NCBI GenBank assembly: GCA_051439425.1
Contig: JBFRWD010000073.1
Span: 1-20,589 of the forward strand
Origin: Synechococcus sp.
GTDB taxonomy: Bacteria; Cyanobacteriota; Cyanobacteriia; Thermostichales; PCC-7336
Length of the DNA stretch: 20,589 nt
Direction: 5' to 3'
This document shows, piece after piece, positions 8,836 to 16,677 of the stretch. Made by a program: the position numbers and the translations under genes. The notes under the pieces are model-generated. The model did not search any database. It had not been told where the DNA came from and saw only the letters and a program-made list of their open reading frames with translations. Each line of letters opens with the position of its first letter. Within the stretch, counting starts at the first letter, position 1.

Positions 8836-9600
8836 ATGCGTTCATTTCTCGCGGCGCTCGCGTTTTATACGGTCATTCCACTCCCTCAATCTCTGACACT
8901 GCATTTCGATCGCGTTGCCCGCTGGCTACCGTTCGTTGGCATAGGCATCGGTATCTGGCTAGCTAGTATTGATGCTCTGCTGGCCTGGGTGATGCCACCT
9001 ACCCTGCGATCGCTGCTGGTGGTATGTGCGTGGTTGGGAATTACCGGTGGTCTGCATTTGGATGGGGCGATGGATACGGCAGACGGTCTGGCCGCAGGCG
9101 ATCGCTCGAATCGAGGAACGCAGCGTCGATTGCAAGCTATGACAGATAGTGCTTCGGGTGCCTTTGGCGTGATGGCGGCGATCGTCTTACTGCTGCTGAA
9201 ATTTGTCGCTGCCATACATCTACCCGAGCCACGATGGGTGTGGTGGTTGCTGGTGCCCGTATGGGGCCGCTGGGGACAGTTGGCAGCAATTTCGTTTTAT
9301 CCCTACCTCAAGCGAGAGGGGAAAGGGCGGTTCTTGAAAGACACGACTCGTCGAGAGGATTTGGCCCTCGCGAGTGTCGGAGTCTTCGTCGCGGTCCTCA
9401 TACTGCGGTTGGCGGTTCATCCTGTGGCGTTATTTCCCCTTTGGGGACTGGGGGGTGTGGTCATCGCGCTATGCGTGGGAGCATGGTTCAATCGCCAATT
9501 GGGAGGCCATACCGGCGACACCTATGGAGCGACTGTGGAGTGGACGGAAGCTCTGTCGTTGGCCCTAGCAACTCTACAGGTGCCCGCGACCTCAGGCTGA
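8836..9600 (+). CDS. cobS: Adenosylcobinamide-GDP ribazoletransferase (cobalamin synthase)
   Basis: Motifs AFYTVIP, TGGLHLDGAMDTADG, AMTDSASGAFG, LGGHTGDTYGATVEWTE. Start may be ATG 8836 or 8800/8803. Confidence 0.95.
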   Translation: MRSFLAALAFYTVIPLPQSLTLHFDRVARWLPFVGIGIGIWLASIDALLAWVMPPTLRSLLVVCAWLGITGGLHLDGAMDTADGLAAGDRSNRGTQRRLQAMTDSASGAFGVMAAIVLLLLKFVAAIHLPEPRWVWWLLVPVWGRWGQLAAISFYPYLKREGKGRFLKDTTRREDLALASVGVFVAVLILRLAVHPVALFPLWGLGGVVIALCVGAWFNRQLGGHTGDTYGATVEWTEALSLALATLQVPATSG

Positions 9601-9708
9601 CTGCCCCTGGTTTGTCTCTATTGACGGGGGTGACACAAGCTGAAGAGATGAATGGTTCCCATAGACCGGTGTGCGACAATTGCGGTGAACTGTATCGGAT
9701 TTATCTAG

Positions 9709-11160
9709 GTGCTGGGTACGCCCATTCAACAAAAGTTGAAACCTGCGTTGCGAGCACTGGCCGTCTCCGCTCGCCCGCTGGCCACCGTCAGTACGTTGGT
9801 GGCCACGGATTTCATCGCCCTTACCGTTTCGGCAGTCACCAGTGTCTGGGTACGACTGTGGCTGGGGGGCACCTACCATCCCTCTCTCTATTGGCAAATT
9901 TGGCCGTTACTGGGCTTATTTGTCTTGGGTTACAGCATTGTTGGCTTGTATGCCGGGGTCGCCCTCAGCCCTGCAGATGAGTTACGCCGCACGAGCGTAA
10001 CCACAACCTTGATTTACGTTGTCCTCGGGACTGCTACTTTTTTGTTACGAAATACGACCGTCTATTCTCGTGGCGTCTTCTTGATGGCTTGGTTGCTCAC
10101 CCTGGTGCTCGTACCACTAGCACGGGGGTTGGTTCGTCAGATTTGCGCCCCGTTCTCCTGGTGGGGATACCCCGTACTGGTGCTGGGGGCGGGAAAAACC
10201 GGCTCGATGGTAATTGAAACTCTGAAAGCTCGTCCAGAAATTGGCCTCAAGCCGGTGGCTATTTTGGATGACGATCCCAGCAAGCAAGGCTCTCTGAACG
10301 GAGTTCCCGTGATTGGGCCGGTTAGTAAAGCCCCCGAATTGGCCCGTCGACTGAATTTGACGTATGCGATTGTTGCCATGCCGGGGGTATCCAGTGCCCG
10401 CGTTGTCGGGATTTTGGAGAAGTACGGCCAATTGTTCCGCCACATTCTTCTGATCCCCAACCTGTTTGGCTTCTCTACGCTATGGGTAATGGCTCGGGAT
10501 ATGGGAGGGGTCCTGGGGTTAGAAGTCCGACAGCAGCTGCTGCTGCCTGGTCCACAACTGGTTAAGGTGTGTTTGACCTTCTTTTTGACGATCTTCGGTG
10601 GAGTGCTGCTGCTGCCTCTTATCCTCTTCTGTGGAATCGCCATCAAGCTAGATTCCAGAGGGCCAGTGTTTTACGGTCACACTCGCATTGGTAAAGGGGG
10701 AGAGCTGTTTAAAGCGTGGAAGTTTCGCTCTATGCACGTGGATGGCGACCGCATTCTGGAAGCCTATCTAAACCGATATCCGGAGATGCGCGCGGAATGG
10801 GAGCGAGATCGCAAGCTGAAGCACGATCCCCGGATTACTCGGGTGGGAAAGCTGTTACGCCGCACCAGCCTGGACGAGCTGCCTCAATTGTGGAATGTCC
10901 TTCTCGGTGAAATGAGTTTGGTGGGTCCTCGACCCATCATTGATGAAGAGGTGCCATTGTACGGTGATAAGTTTGACCTCTATCTCAAGGTATTACCGGG
11001 AATCACCGGCTTGTGGCAGGTGTCGGGGCGCAGCGATACCACATACGAAGAGCGCGTGGAATTGGATGAATACTATGTACGCAACTGGTCGGTCTGGCTA
11101 GACATCTACATTCTGACCAAAACCATCTGGGTGGCTATTAGAGCCAAAGGGGCATACTGA
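9709..11160 (+). CDS. wbaP: Undecaprenyl-phosphate sugar phosphotransferase (WbaP/WcaJ-type priming glycosyltransferase)
   Basis: 483 aa. Four N-terminal TM segments, a Rossmann-like VLVLGAGKTG, and a C-terminal bacterial sugar transferase domain (FKAWKFRSM, DPRITRVGKLLRRTSLDELPQLWNVLLGEMSLVGPRP, PGITGLWQVSGR). Sugar specificity and exact start cannot be determined. Confidence 0.88.
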   Translation: MLGTPIQQKLKPALRALAVSARPLATVSTLVATDFIALTVSAVTSVWVRLWLGGTYHPSLYWQIWPLLGLFVLGYSIVGLYAGVALSPADELRRTSVTTTLIYVVLGTATFLLRNTTVYSRGVFLMAWLLTLVLVPLARGLVRQICAPFSWWGYPVLVLGAGKTGSMVIETLKARPEIGLKPVAILDDDPSKQGSLNGVPVIGPVSKAPELARRLNLTYAIVAMPGVSSARVVGILEKYGQLFRHILLIPNLFGFSTLWVMARDMGGVLGLEVRQQLLLPGPQLVKVCLTFFLTIFGGVLLLPLILFCGIAIKLDSRGPVFYGHTRIGKGGELFKAWKFRSMHVDGDRILEAYLNRYPEMRAEWERDRKLKHDPRITRVGKLLRRTSLDELPQLWNVLLGEMSLVGPRPIIDEEVPLYGDKFDLYLKVLPGITGLWQVSGRSDTTYEERVELDEYYVRNWSVWLDIYILTKTIWVAIRAKGAY

Positions 11161-11403
11161 GCGATCGCCACTCCAAGACCTCAGCTTCAGCCTTGATGTC
11201 CTCGATTGCTCAGCCCACTAAATATAGTGCTCGCCATTTCAGTTAGGACAAGGGAATCTAAGCAGAGGCGGGGATGACCATAGCTGAAATGTCTGCAGTG
11301 GTGTGACCGCTGCCATACAAGAAGAGTGAGCCCCAATCGCTTAACCGCTAATGATTAATCAGGCGCAATCCCCTCAACAGAAGTGCCTCCGATCCATATA
11401 TGT

Positions 11404-11700
11404 TTATGGCTTAGTCTTGACTGAAATATCTCCCAAGACCTTAGTCTGACAAGCCAGTCGGTAAGTCTCGGGTTTGCGCTTCAGTTTTCGTTGTTCGGGA
11501 GTGGTGCGCTCGGAGAGGCGATCGGCCCCTTCAGTAACGTCTACGATGCAGGTGCCGCATTGGCCTGCACCGCCGCAGTTCATCATCTTGGCAACCAGCT
11601 TATATAGGTCGATGCCATTTTCAAGAGCAGCTCGTCGGAGATTCGTGCCTTCAGCGACAGTGACGCTCTTGTCTTCATTCACAAAATTGATAGTGGGCAT
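11404..11700 (-). CDS. 2Fe-2S ferredoxin-like protein (type commonly divergent from psbB)
   Basis: 98 aa. Cys pattern [11 protein letters not shown]...RLACQ. Confidence 0.9.
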   Translation of the reverse strand: MPTINFVNEDKSVTVAEGTNLRRAALENGIDLYKLVAKMMNCGGAGQCGTCIVDVTEGADRLSERTTPEQRKLKRKPETYRLACQTKVLGDISVKTKP

Positions 11701-11935
11701 CCGTCTCTCTCTAGTGGGTTAACCTGCAAGCCAGCTCTCTACAAGCTGGGAAATGACTTTATTGTTCCGATAACGCTGCAGTTAAAACAGACATAATCGC
11801 GCATCATCGCTATAAAATCGCTTACCGAGATATATTAACTTCCGTAAAGCATGACAACGAAATCTGGTCTCTTTTCTTCGTTTCGAGCAGCTTTCGCACA
11901 AATTCACTCAGAAATCTTGCAGAGTTCAGGAGCTA

Positions 11936-11956
11936 TCCGTTACATTCCGTTATACT
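11936..11956 (+). promoter_or_regulatory. Probable psbB promoter: -10 box with a 10-bp-period direct repeat (HLR1/RpaB-like)
   Basis: TCCGTTACAT TCCGTTATACT: GTTACATT-cc-GTTATACT, with TATACT at 11951-11956 as a -10 hexamer about 300 bp upstream of the ATG. Confidence 0.45.
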
Positions 11957-12262
11957 GCAAAAGTTAGTCTGCGCCTTACTGCATACTGTTCACAAGGCTG
12001 GCTAGCTGGGGTGATTTGACTTCAGGTGGCGGACGATGGCTTTCCGATTGTGCGGTGGCTTTCATCACAAAAGGTCTTAGGAACCATGCAGGCATCGTTG
12101 ATTTGTTGCTAGGGACACTCGTCTCGCTTAAAGGATGGATCGTTCGCGCGTTCTCATTGGAACGATGAACCATCGGTCATTTGAGGCAACCTTCGAGGGC
12201 TGCGTTCTACTAAATGTCTGATAAATAAAGGCTGTGTAATCGCAAGTGGAGGATCGCGCTTT

Positions 12263-13798
12263 ATGGGACTACCGTGGTACCGGGTCCATACTGTCGTGCT
12301 TAACGATCCGGGACGCCTGATCTCAGTTCACCTAATGCACACCGCTTTGGTAGCGGGTTGGGCTGGGTCCATGGCACTATACGAGGCGGCAATTTACGAC
12401 CCCTCCGATCCCATCCTGAACCCAATGTGGCGTCAGGGTATGTTCGTTATGCCGTTTATGGCTCGCCTGGGAATTGAGAATTCCTGGAACGGCTGGAATT
12501 TGGCCGGTGAGTTCGTCGAGAACGCCGGTTTTTGGAGTTTTGAAGGTGTGGCGACTGCTCACATCATTTTGTCTGGACTGCTGTTCTTGGCAGCGGTTTG
12601 GCACTGGGTGAACTGGGACTTAGAACTGTTCCGCGACCCCCGTACTGGCGAGCCAGCTCTTGACCTGCCGAAGATGTTCGGTATTCACCTGTTGCTGTCT
12701 GGCCTACTGTGCTTTGGCTTCGGAGCCTTCCACCTCACTGGTGTGTTTGGCCCCGGCATGTGGATAAACGATGCCTACGGCTTGGGCGGTCACCTACAGC
12801 CAGTTGCTCCTGAATGGGGACCTGAAGGTTTTAACCCATTCAATCCCGGTGGTATAGTTGCCCACCACATTGCAGCTGGAGTCATTGGCATTATTGCTGG
12901 ATTGTTTCACCTGACCGTACGTCCTCCCCAACGCCTGTATCGTGCATTGCGCATGGGTAATATCGAGACCGTACTGTCTAGCTCGATCGCCGCAGTATTT
13001 TTTGCCGCTTTCATTGTTGCAGGCACCATGTGGTACGGCAACGCCGCCACTCCTGTTACTTTGTTTGGCCCGACTCGTTACCAATGGGATTCTGGCTACT
13101 TCCAGCAGGAAATTGCCCGTCGTGTTGATGCTGCCCAAGCTGACGGTGCCAGTCGTGCAGACGCTTGGAATTCCGTTCCTCGCGATCTGCTGTTCTACGA
13201 CTACGTGGGTAACAACCCCTCCAAAGGTGGTTTATTCCGCCCCGGCCCGATGAATAATGGTGACGGCCTGGCCGTTAACTGGTTGGGGGCTCCCGTATTC
13301 CGCGATTCTGCTGGCCGAGAACTCAGCGTTGAGCGTCTGCCCAACTTCTACGAATCCTTCCCCGTTATTCTGCGTGACAGCGATGGCGTTATCCGCGCTG
13401 ATATCCCCTTCCGTCGTGCAGAAGCGAAAAACAGCTTCGAGCAAGCGGGTGTAACGGTGTCCTTCTACGGTGGATTGCTTGACGGCCAAGAGTTCACTGA
13501 TGCACCGACTGTAAAGCGTTACGCCCGTACCGCTCAGTTGGGTGAAGCGTTTGAATTCAACCGCGAAGCCACAGGTGCTGACGGTGTATTCCGCACCAGT
13601 CCTCGGGGTTGGTTCACCTTCGGCCATGCTTGCTTTGCGCTGTTGTTCTTCTTCGGTCACATCTGGCACGGTTCTCGTACTCTGTACCGCGACGTGTTCG
13701 CTGGTGTAGACCCAGACCTGGATCCAGAAATGGTCGAATGGGGTGTCTTCCAGAAGCTGGCAGATACATCTACCCGTAAGAAAAAGGCCAACGCATAG
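12263..13798 (+). CDS. psbB: Photosystem II CP47 chlorophyll-binding protein
   Basis: 511 aa beginning [38 protein letters not shown]; ends ..[31 protein letters not shown] upstream. Confidence 0.99.
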   Translation: MGLPWYRVHTVVLNDPGRLISVHLMHTALVAGWAGSMALYEAAIYDPSDPILNPMWRQGMFVMPFMARLGIENSWNGWNLAGEFVENAGFWSFEGVATAHIILSGLLFLAAVWHWVNWDLELFRDPRTGEPALDLPKMFGIHLLLSGLLCFGFGAFHLTGVFGPGMWINDAYGLGGHLQPVAPEWGPEGFNPFNPGGIVAHHIAAGVIGIIAGLFHLTVRPPQRLYRALRMGNIETVLSSSIAAVFFAAFIVAGTMWYGNAATPVTLFGPTRYQWDSGYFQQEIARRVDAAQADGASRADAWNSVPRDLLFYDYVGNNPSKGGLFRPGPMNNGDGLAVNWLGAPVFRDSAGRELSVERLPNFYESFPVILRDSDGVIRADIPFRRAEAKNSFEQAGVTVSFYGGLLDGQEFTDAPTVKRYARTAQLGEAFEFNREATGADGVFRTSPRGWFTFGHACFALLFFFGHIWHGSRTLYRDVFAGVDPDLDPEMVEWGVFQKLADTSTRKKKANA

Positions 13799-13807
13799 GT
13801 ACAATTG

Positions 13808-13840
13808 AGGCGGCTTCCCCAGTAATTTGGAGAGCCGCCT
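13808..13840 (+). other. Intercistronic stem-loop between psbB and psbT
   Basis: AGGCGGCT...AGCCGCCT, 8-bp perfect stem with no U-tract, 10 nt after the psbB stop. Confidence 0.6.
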
Positions 13841-13875
13841 GTATCCAATGATTTGGTTTATTTAGGGAGCTAGTC

Positions 13876-13989
13876 ATGGAAGCTTTGGCTTACGTTTTCA
13901 TCTTGTTTTTAACTCTTGGTTTGTTGTTCTTCGCGATCGCCTTTCGCGAGACTCCCAAGATTGATGTGCCTCGTTCCGATGACGAATAG
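13876..13989 (+). CDS. psbT: Photosystem II reaction centre protein T (absent from the ORF track)
   Basis: Manual translation gives [37 protein letters not shown] (37 aa). [10 protein letters not shown] signature, SD AGGGAG, position after psbB. Confidence 0.95.
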   Translation: MEALAYVFILFLTLGLLFFAIAFRETPKIDVPRSDDE

Positions 13990-14023
13990 TATTACTGGTG
14001 TTGTCCGAACTTAGGTTCGCTTG

Positions 14024-14059
14024 AAAAGCCGCTGTAGGTCAGTCCTGCTGCGGCTTTTT
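14024..14059 (+). terminator. Terminator of psbB-psbT (possibly bidirectional)
   Basis: AAAAGCCGCTGTAGG-tcagt-CCTGCTGCGGCTTTTT. Confidence 0.85.
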
Positions 14060-14118
14060 AGCTCGGAGAGTTTTTTGGTTCAGATAGTTTTTACTCACAG
14101 ATAGTTTTCGTTTGGATT

Positions 14119-14174
14119 GGTACCTACACCAGAACATCTGAAAACTAGGTACCAACACCAGAACATCTGATAAC
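14119..14174. repeat. Two-copy tandem repeat, 29-bp period
   Basis: GGTACCTACACCAGAACATCTGAAAAC (14119-14145) and GGTACCAACACCAGAACATCTGATAAC (14148-14174), 25/27 identical. Confidence 0.85.
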
Positions 14175-14257
14175 AAATCTCTACAGTCCGATCGCGATCG
14201 GCAAAAACGGGGAACCCCCTGCGTTACAGTAAAACGAGCCTTTTGTGTCTAATTGTG

Positions 14258-15082
14258 ATGACTCCCATTCCTCCGCAAGAGCATCAGCATCCCATTATTG
14301 TGAAGCTGGCCAATACAATACTGTCCACCTGGGAGGATACGTTAGATTTGTCTCCGTATAACCTGCCGGAGGACTTGGGCTATGTAGAAGGGAAGCTGGA
14401 GGGGGAACGGCTCACCATCGAAAATCGCTGCTTTCAGACGCCTCAGTTTCGTAAATTGCATTTGGAACTGGCCAAAGTGGGGAATTCCCTCAATATCCTC
14501 CACTGCGTTATGTTTCCTCGCTCTAATTTTGATTTACCGATGTTTGGCTGCGACCTCGTCGGGGGGCGTGGCCAGATTAGTGCTGCAATCGCCGATCTCA
14601 CCCCAGTTAAAGCTGAATTACCATCCGAATACCAATCGAATCTAGACCCCTGGCTAAAGCGACAAGAAGAATTTAGCCAGCAGCGGGAGCTCCCCAAGTG
14701 GGGCAATATCTTTTCTCCCTACTGCCTGTTTGTGCGTCCCATTGGTAATGAAGAGGAGGATTTATTCTTAGAAGCCACTGCCTCTTATCTGAAACTCCAT
14801 TGTCTACGAGCTAAAGCCTCTCAACCGGTCGAACGCGAGCAAGAGGCCGATATCCTGGCGGGTCAGCAACGCTATTGCGATCGCCAGCAACAAAACGATA
14901 AAACCCGCCGAGTTTTGGAAAAAGCATTTGGGAAACAGTGGACAGATCGCTATATAACGACGGTTCTCTTCGATTCTCCTAGTGCCGAGGTAGGCCAGGA
15001 TTCAGCCCCAGTGGAACTTGACGAACCAGCGACTCCTCAGCCATCGGAGGTGTCGGCGAGCGAACGCTCGAACATGTCTTAG
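14258..15082 (+). CDS. pcyA: Phycocyanobilin:ferredoxin oxidoreductase
   Basis: LGYVEGKLEGE, IENRCFQTPQFRKLHLELA, ILHCVMFP, PMFGCDLV, SAAIADL, QQQNDKTRRVLEKAFG. ATG 14258 preferred to TTG 14243. Confidence 0.96.
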   Translation: MTPIPPQEHQHPIIVKLANTILSTWEDTLDLSPYNLPEDLGYVEGKLEGERLTIENRCFQTPQFRKLHLELAKVGNSLNILHCVMFPRSNFDLPMFGCDLVGGRGQISAAIADLTPVKAELPSEYQSNLDPWLKRQEEFSQQRELPKWGNIFSPYCLFVRPIGNEEEDLFLEATASYLKLHCLRAKASQPVEREQEADILAGQQRYCDRQQQNDKTRRVLEKAFGKQWTDRYITTVLFDSPSAEVGQDSAPVELDEPATPQPSEVSASERSNMS

Positions 15083-15222
15083 CGACTCTAATTGGGGTGT
15101 TCTCAAGAATTTTGCAGAACCATCTGCCCCAGTAAGGTTCGTAGGAGCGTCTAATCGCGTTGGATTCCCGCGTTACGTACCCGTCAATCCGCGCCCTTGT
15201 TGGCAGGCAAACCTGGCCTGTA

Positions 15223-15311
15223 GCAATCCGCTGTAAGGTCTAGAGCTGGAGACAGCTCAAAGCTTGAATCTACAATGAGAAGTGATTGGAGAATTCTCCA
15301 TAGCGGATTGC
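15223..15311. mobile_element. 89-bp dispersed repeat, copy C (best preserved, inverted relative to A and B)
   Basis: Perfect 10-bp terminal inverted repeats GCAATCCGCT / AGCGGATTGC, preceded by TA. Internal palindrome TGGAGAATTCTCCA. Confidence 0.72.
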
Positions 15312-15454
15312 GTAGCTTTATAAATGCGCTTAAGCCTGGAGAACGATTGGCAAAATCGAAAATTATTGGGGATCGATTGAGATTGGGAAACAACTAGCGC
15401 TAGTCTTAGTAGGCATCGTGTGACTCCACACAAGGTACATTTGACAATATGTAA

Positions 15455-15527
15455 GGGGCGTTGGCCGAGCGGTTTAGGCAGCAAACTCATAATTTGCCTT
15501 ACGGGGGTTCAAGTCCCTCACGCCCCA
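15455..15527 (+). tRNA. trnI-CAU: tRNA with CAT anticodon, most likely tRNA-Ile2 (lysidine-modified CAU) rather than tRNA-Met
   Basis: Acceptor stem GGGGCGT/ACGCCCC plus discriminator A; D-arm GCCGAGCGGTTTAGGC; anticodon arm GCAAA-CTCATAA-TTTGC (CAT at 15488-15490); T-loop TTCAAGT; CCA not encoded. tRNA call is secure, isotype less so. Confidence 0.9.
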
Positions 15528-15590
15528 TTGTTGTGTTTTTTTCTTTATGGCTTCCTGACTTTCTGGTAAGGAATGGAGCAAAACATTTGC

Positions 15591-15630
15591 CTTCTCCTCC
15601 AGAATTTTGCCTCTGGAGGAGGAGGAGAAG
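15591..15630. repeat. Inverted repeat/hairpin downstream of the tRNA
   Basis: CTTCTCCTCCAGA ... TCTGGAGGAG(GAGGAG)AAG. Arms match except for an extra GAGGAG in the right arm. Confidence 0.55.
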
Positions 15631-15910
15631 ACGTAGGTTTTACCATCCAAGTGGTTTTTCTCTGGACATCGTAGATTGCGGATAATCGTGGGAATTACTG
15701 TCGCATTAAGGAGTCTCTCCACAAACATTTTTTCTGAATGCCGCAATCTCCAATCTAGATTGAGGCTAGAGCTGGTAGCATGTTTCCCAGTAAGAGAGCT
15801 AGACATTCTAGAAGGCTCGATACCGTGTTGAGCGATAGGTGCCAGGAATAGGTGATTACCCTAGCAGGTGTCGAAAATTTTTGACTGATTTATTTGGTGT
15901 TTTGCCACTT

Positions 15911-15940
15911 TTGACGGGCGACTTGCGTGATGTTTACATT
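15911..15940 (+). promoter_or_regulatory. Candidate sigma70-type promoter for the orphan gene
   Basis: TTGACG-N18-TACATT followed by a very AT-rich leader. The -10 box lies inside the inverted repeat TTACA-ttaac-TGTAA (15934-15948). Confidence 0.45.
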
Positions 15941-16041
15941 AACTGTAATGAAATAATTAAGATAATATAAATAACGCAATAATTGAGAGAGACCTGCTAT
16001 AAAAACTGGGAATGCTAACGATGAAACTTCTATAGAGGTTT

Positions 16042-16662
16042 GTGGATCGGGTGATGAGTGTACGTGACCTACAAGCAGAGCACATGCTGTCTGGACTGCA
16101 ACTGAAAGCTCTCAAAATTGGCTGGATGCATTTAGGCTGCGATGAAGACATCGATGGCCTAACCAACGAGCTGTTGTCCGATCACTATCCCGTATTTAGT
16201 CAGCATCGCAACCATCTCAACCCGAAATATCGCCAAATGATACGCAGCGGCTTATGGGAGCAGTATGAATCCTTGTGTCAGCTTGAGGGGTGGAAGCCTA
16301 GCGATCGCCTGGATTGGTTTGAAGGACATTTGGAAGGGCCAGTTTGCTTTCGAGATATTTTGGGTGGCAGGCTGATCTATCCGGGGCGGTTCTTCGATCG
16401 CAAGGCGATCGGCAACGAGTTGTGCAACGCGGCATTTTCCGATGTTCGGGGGGCGCTGCAGCAGTTATCCGGTCAGGATCTAATTCGTACGATTGGCAAT
16501 GTTGGTTACACGTTGACCGAACAAGGGATTTCGCTGGCGCGATCGCTATTCCCAGAAGTCATGCCTTTCAAAACTGGCAACCCTCAGCAGCATGCTGACG
16601 AACTTAGCATTCGGCGCCTGATCCACGAACGTCGGCAGCGCCCTCTGGAATCCACAATTTAG
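16042..16662 (+). CDS. Hypothetical protein with a winged helix-turn-helix-like C-terminal region
   Basis: 206 aa (or 202 aa from ATG 16054) filling the intergenic gap, with a promoter-like region upstream and a hairpin downstream. Segment DVRGALQQLSGQDLIRTIGNVGYTLTEQGISLA resembles a wHTH recognition helix, wing and LTxxG. Confidence 0.7.
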   Translation: MDRVMSVRDLQAEHMLSGLQLKALKIGWMHLGCDEDIDGLTNELLSDHYPVFSQHRNHLNPKYRQMIRSGLWEQYESLCQLEGWKPSDRLDWFEGHLEGPVCFRDILGGRLIYPGRFFDRKAIGNELCNAAFSDVRGALQQLSGQDLIRTIGNVGYTLTEQGISLARSLFPEVMPFKTGNPQQHADELSIRRLIHERRQRPLESTI

Positions 16663-16677
16663 TTTGTTAGGCTACTG

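Noticed and set aside
9234..9980. 248-aa ORF bridging cobS and wbaP
   Set aside because: Overlaps two confident genes in another frame and has no protein-family features.
14081..14174. Possible mini-CRISPR array
   Set aside because: Only two adjacent copies separated by 2 bp, no spacers, and no cas genes in the window.
12263..15082. Far-red photoacclimation (FaRLiP) cluster
   Set aside because: No rfpABC, chlF/psbA4 or apc paralogs nearby; psbB-psbT is the standard arrangement.
15474..15806. 110-aa minus-strand ORF
   Set aside because: Runs antisense through the tRNA (WGVRDLNP is a typical tRNA shadow translation) and through hairpin repeats.
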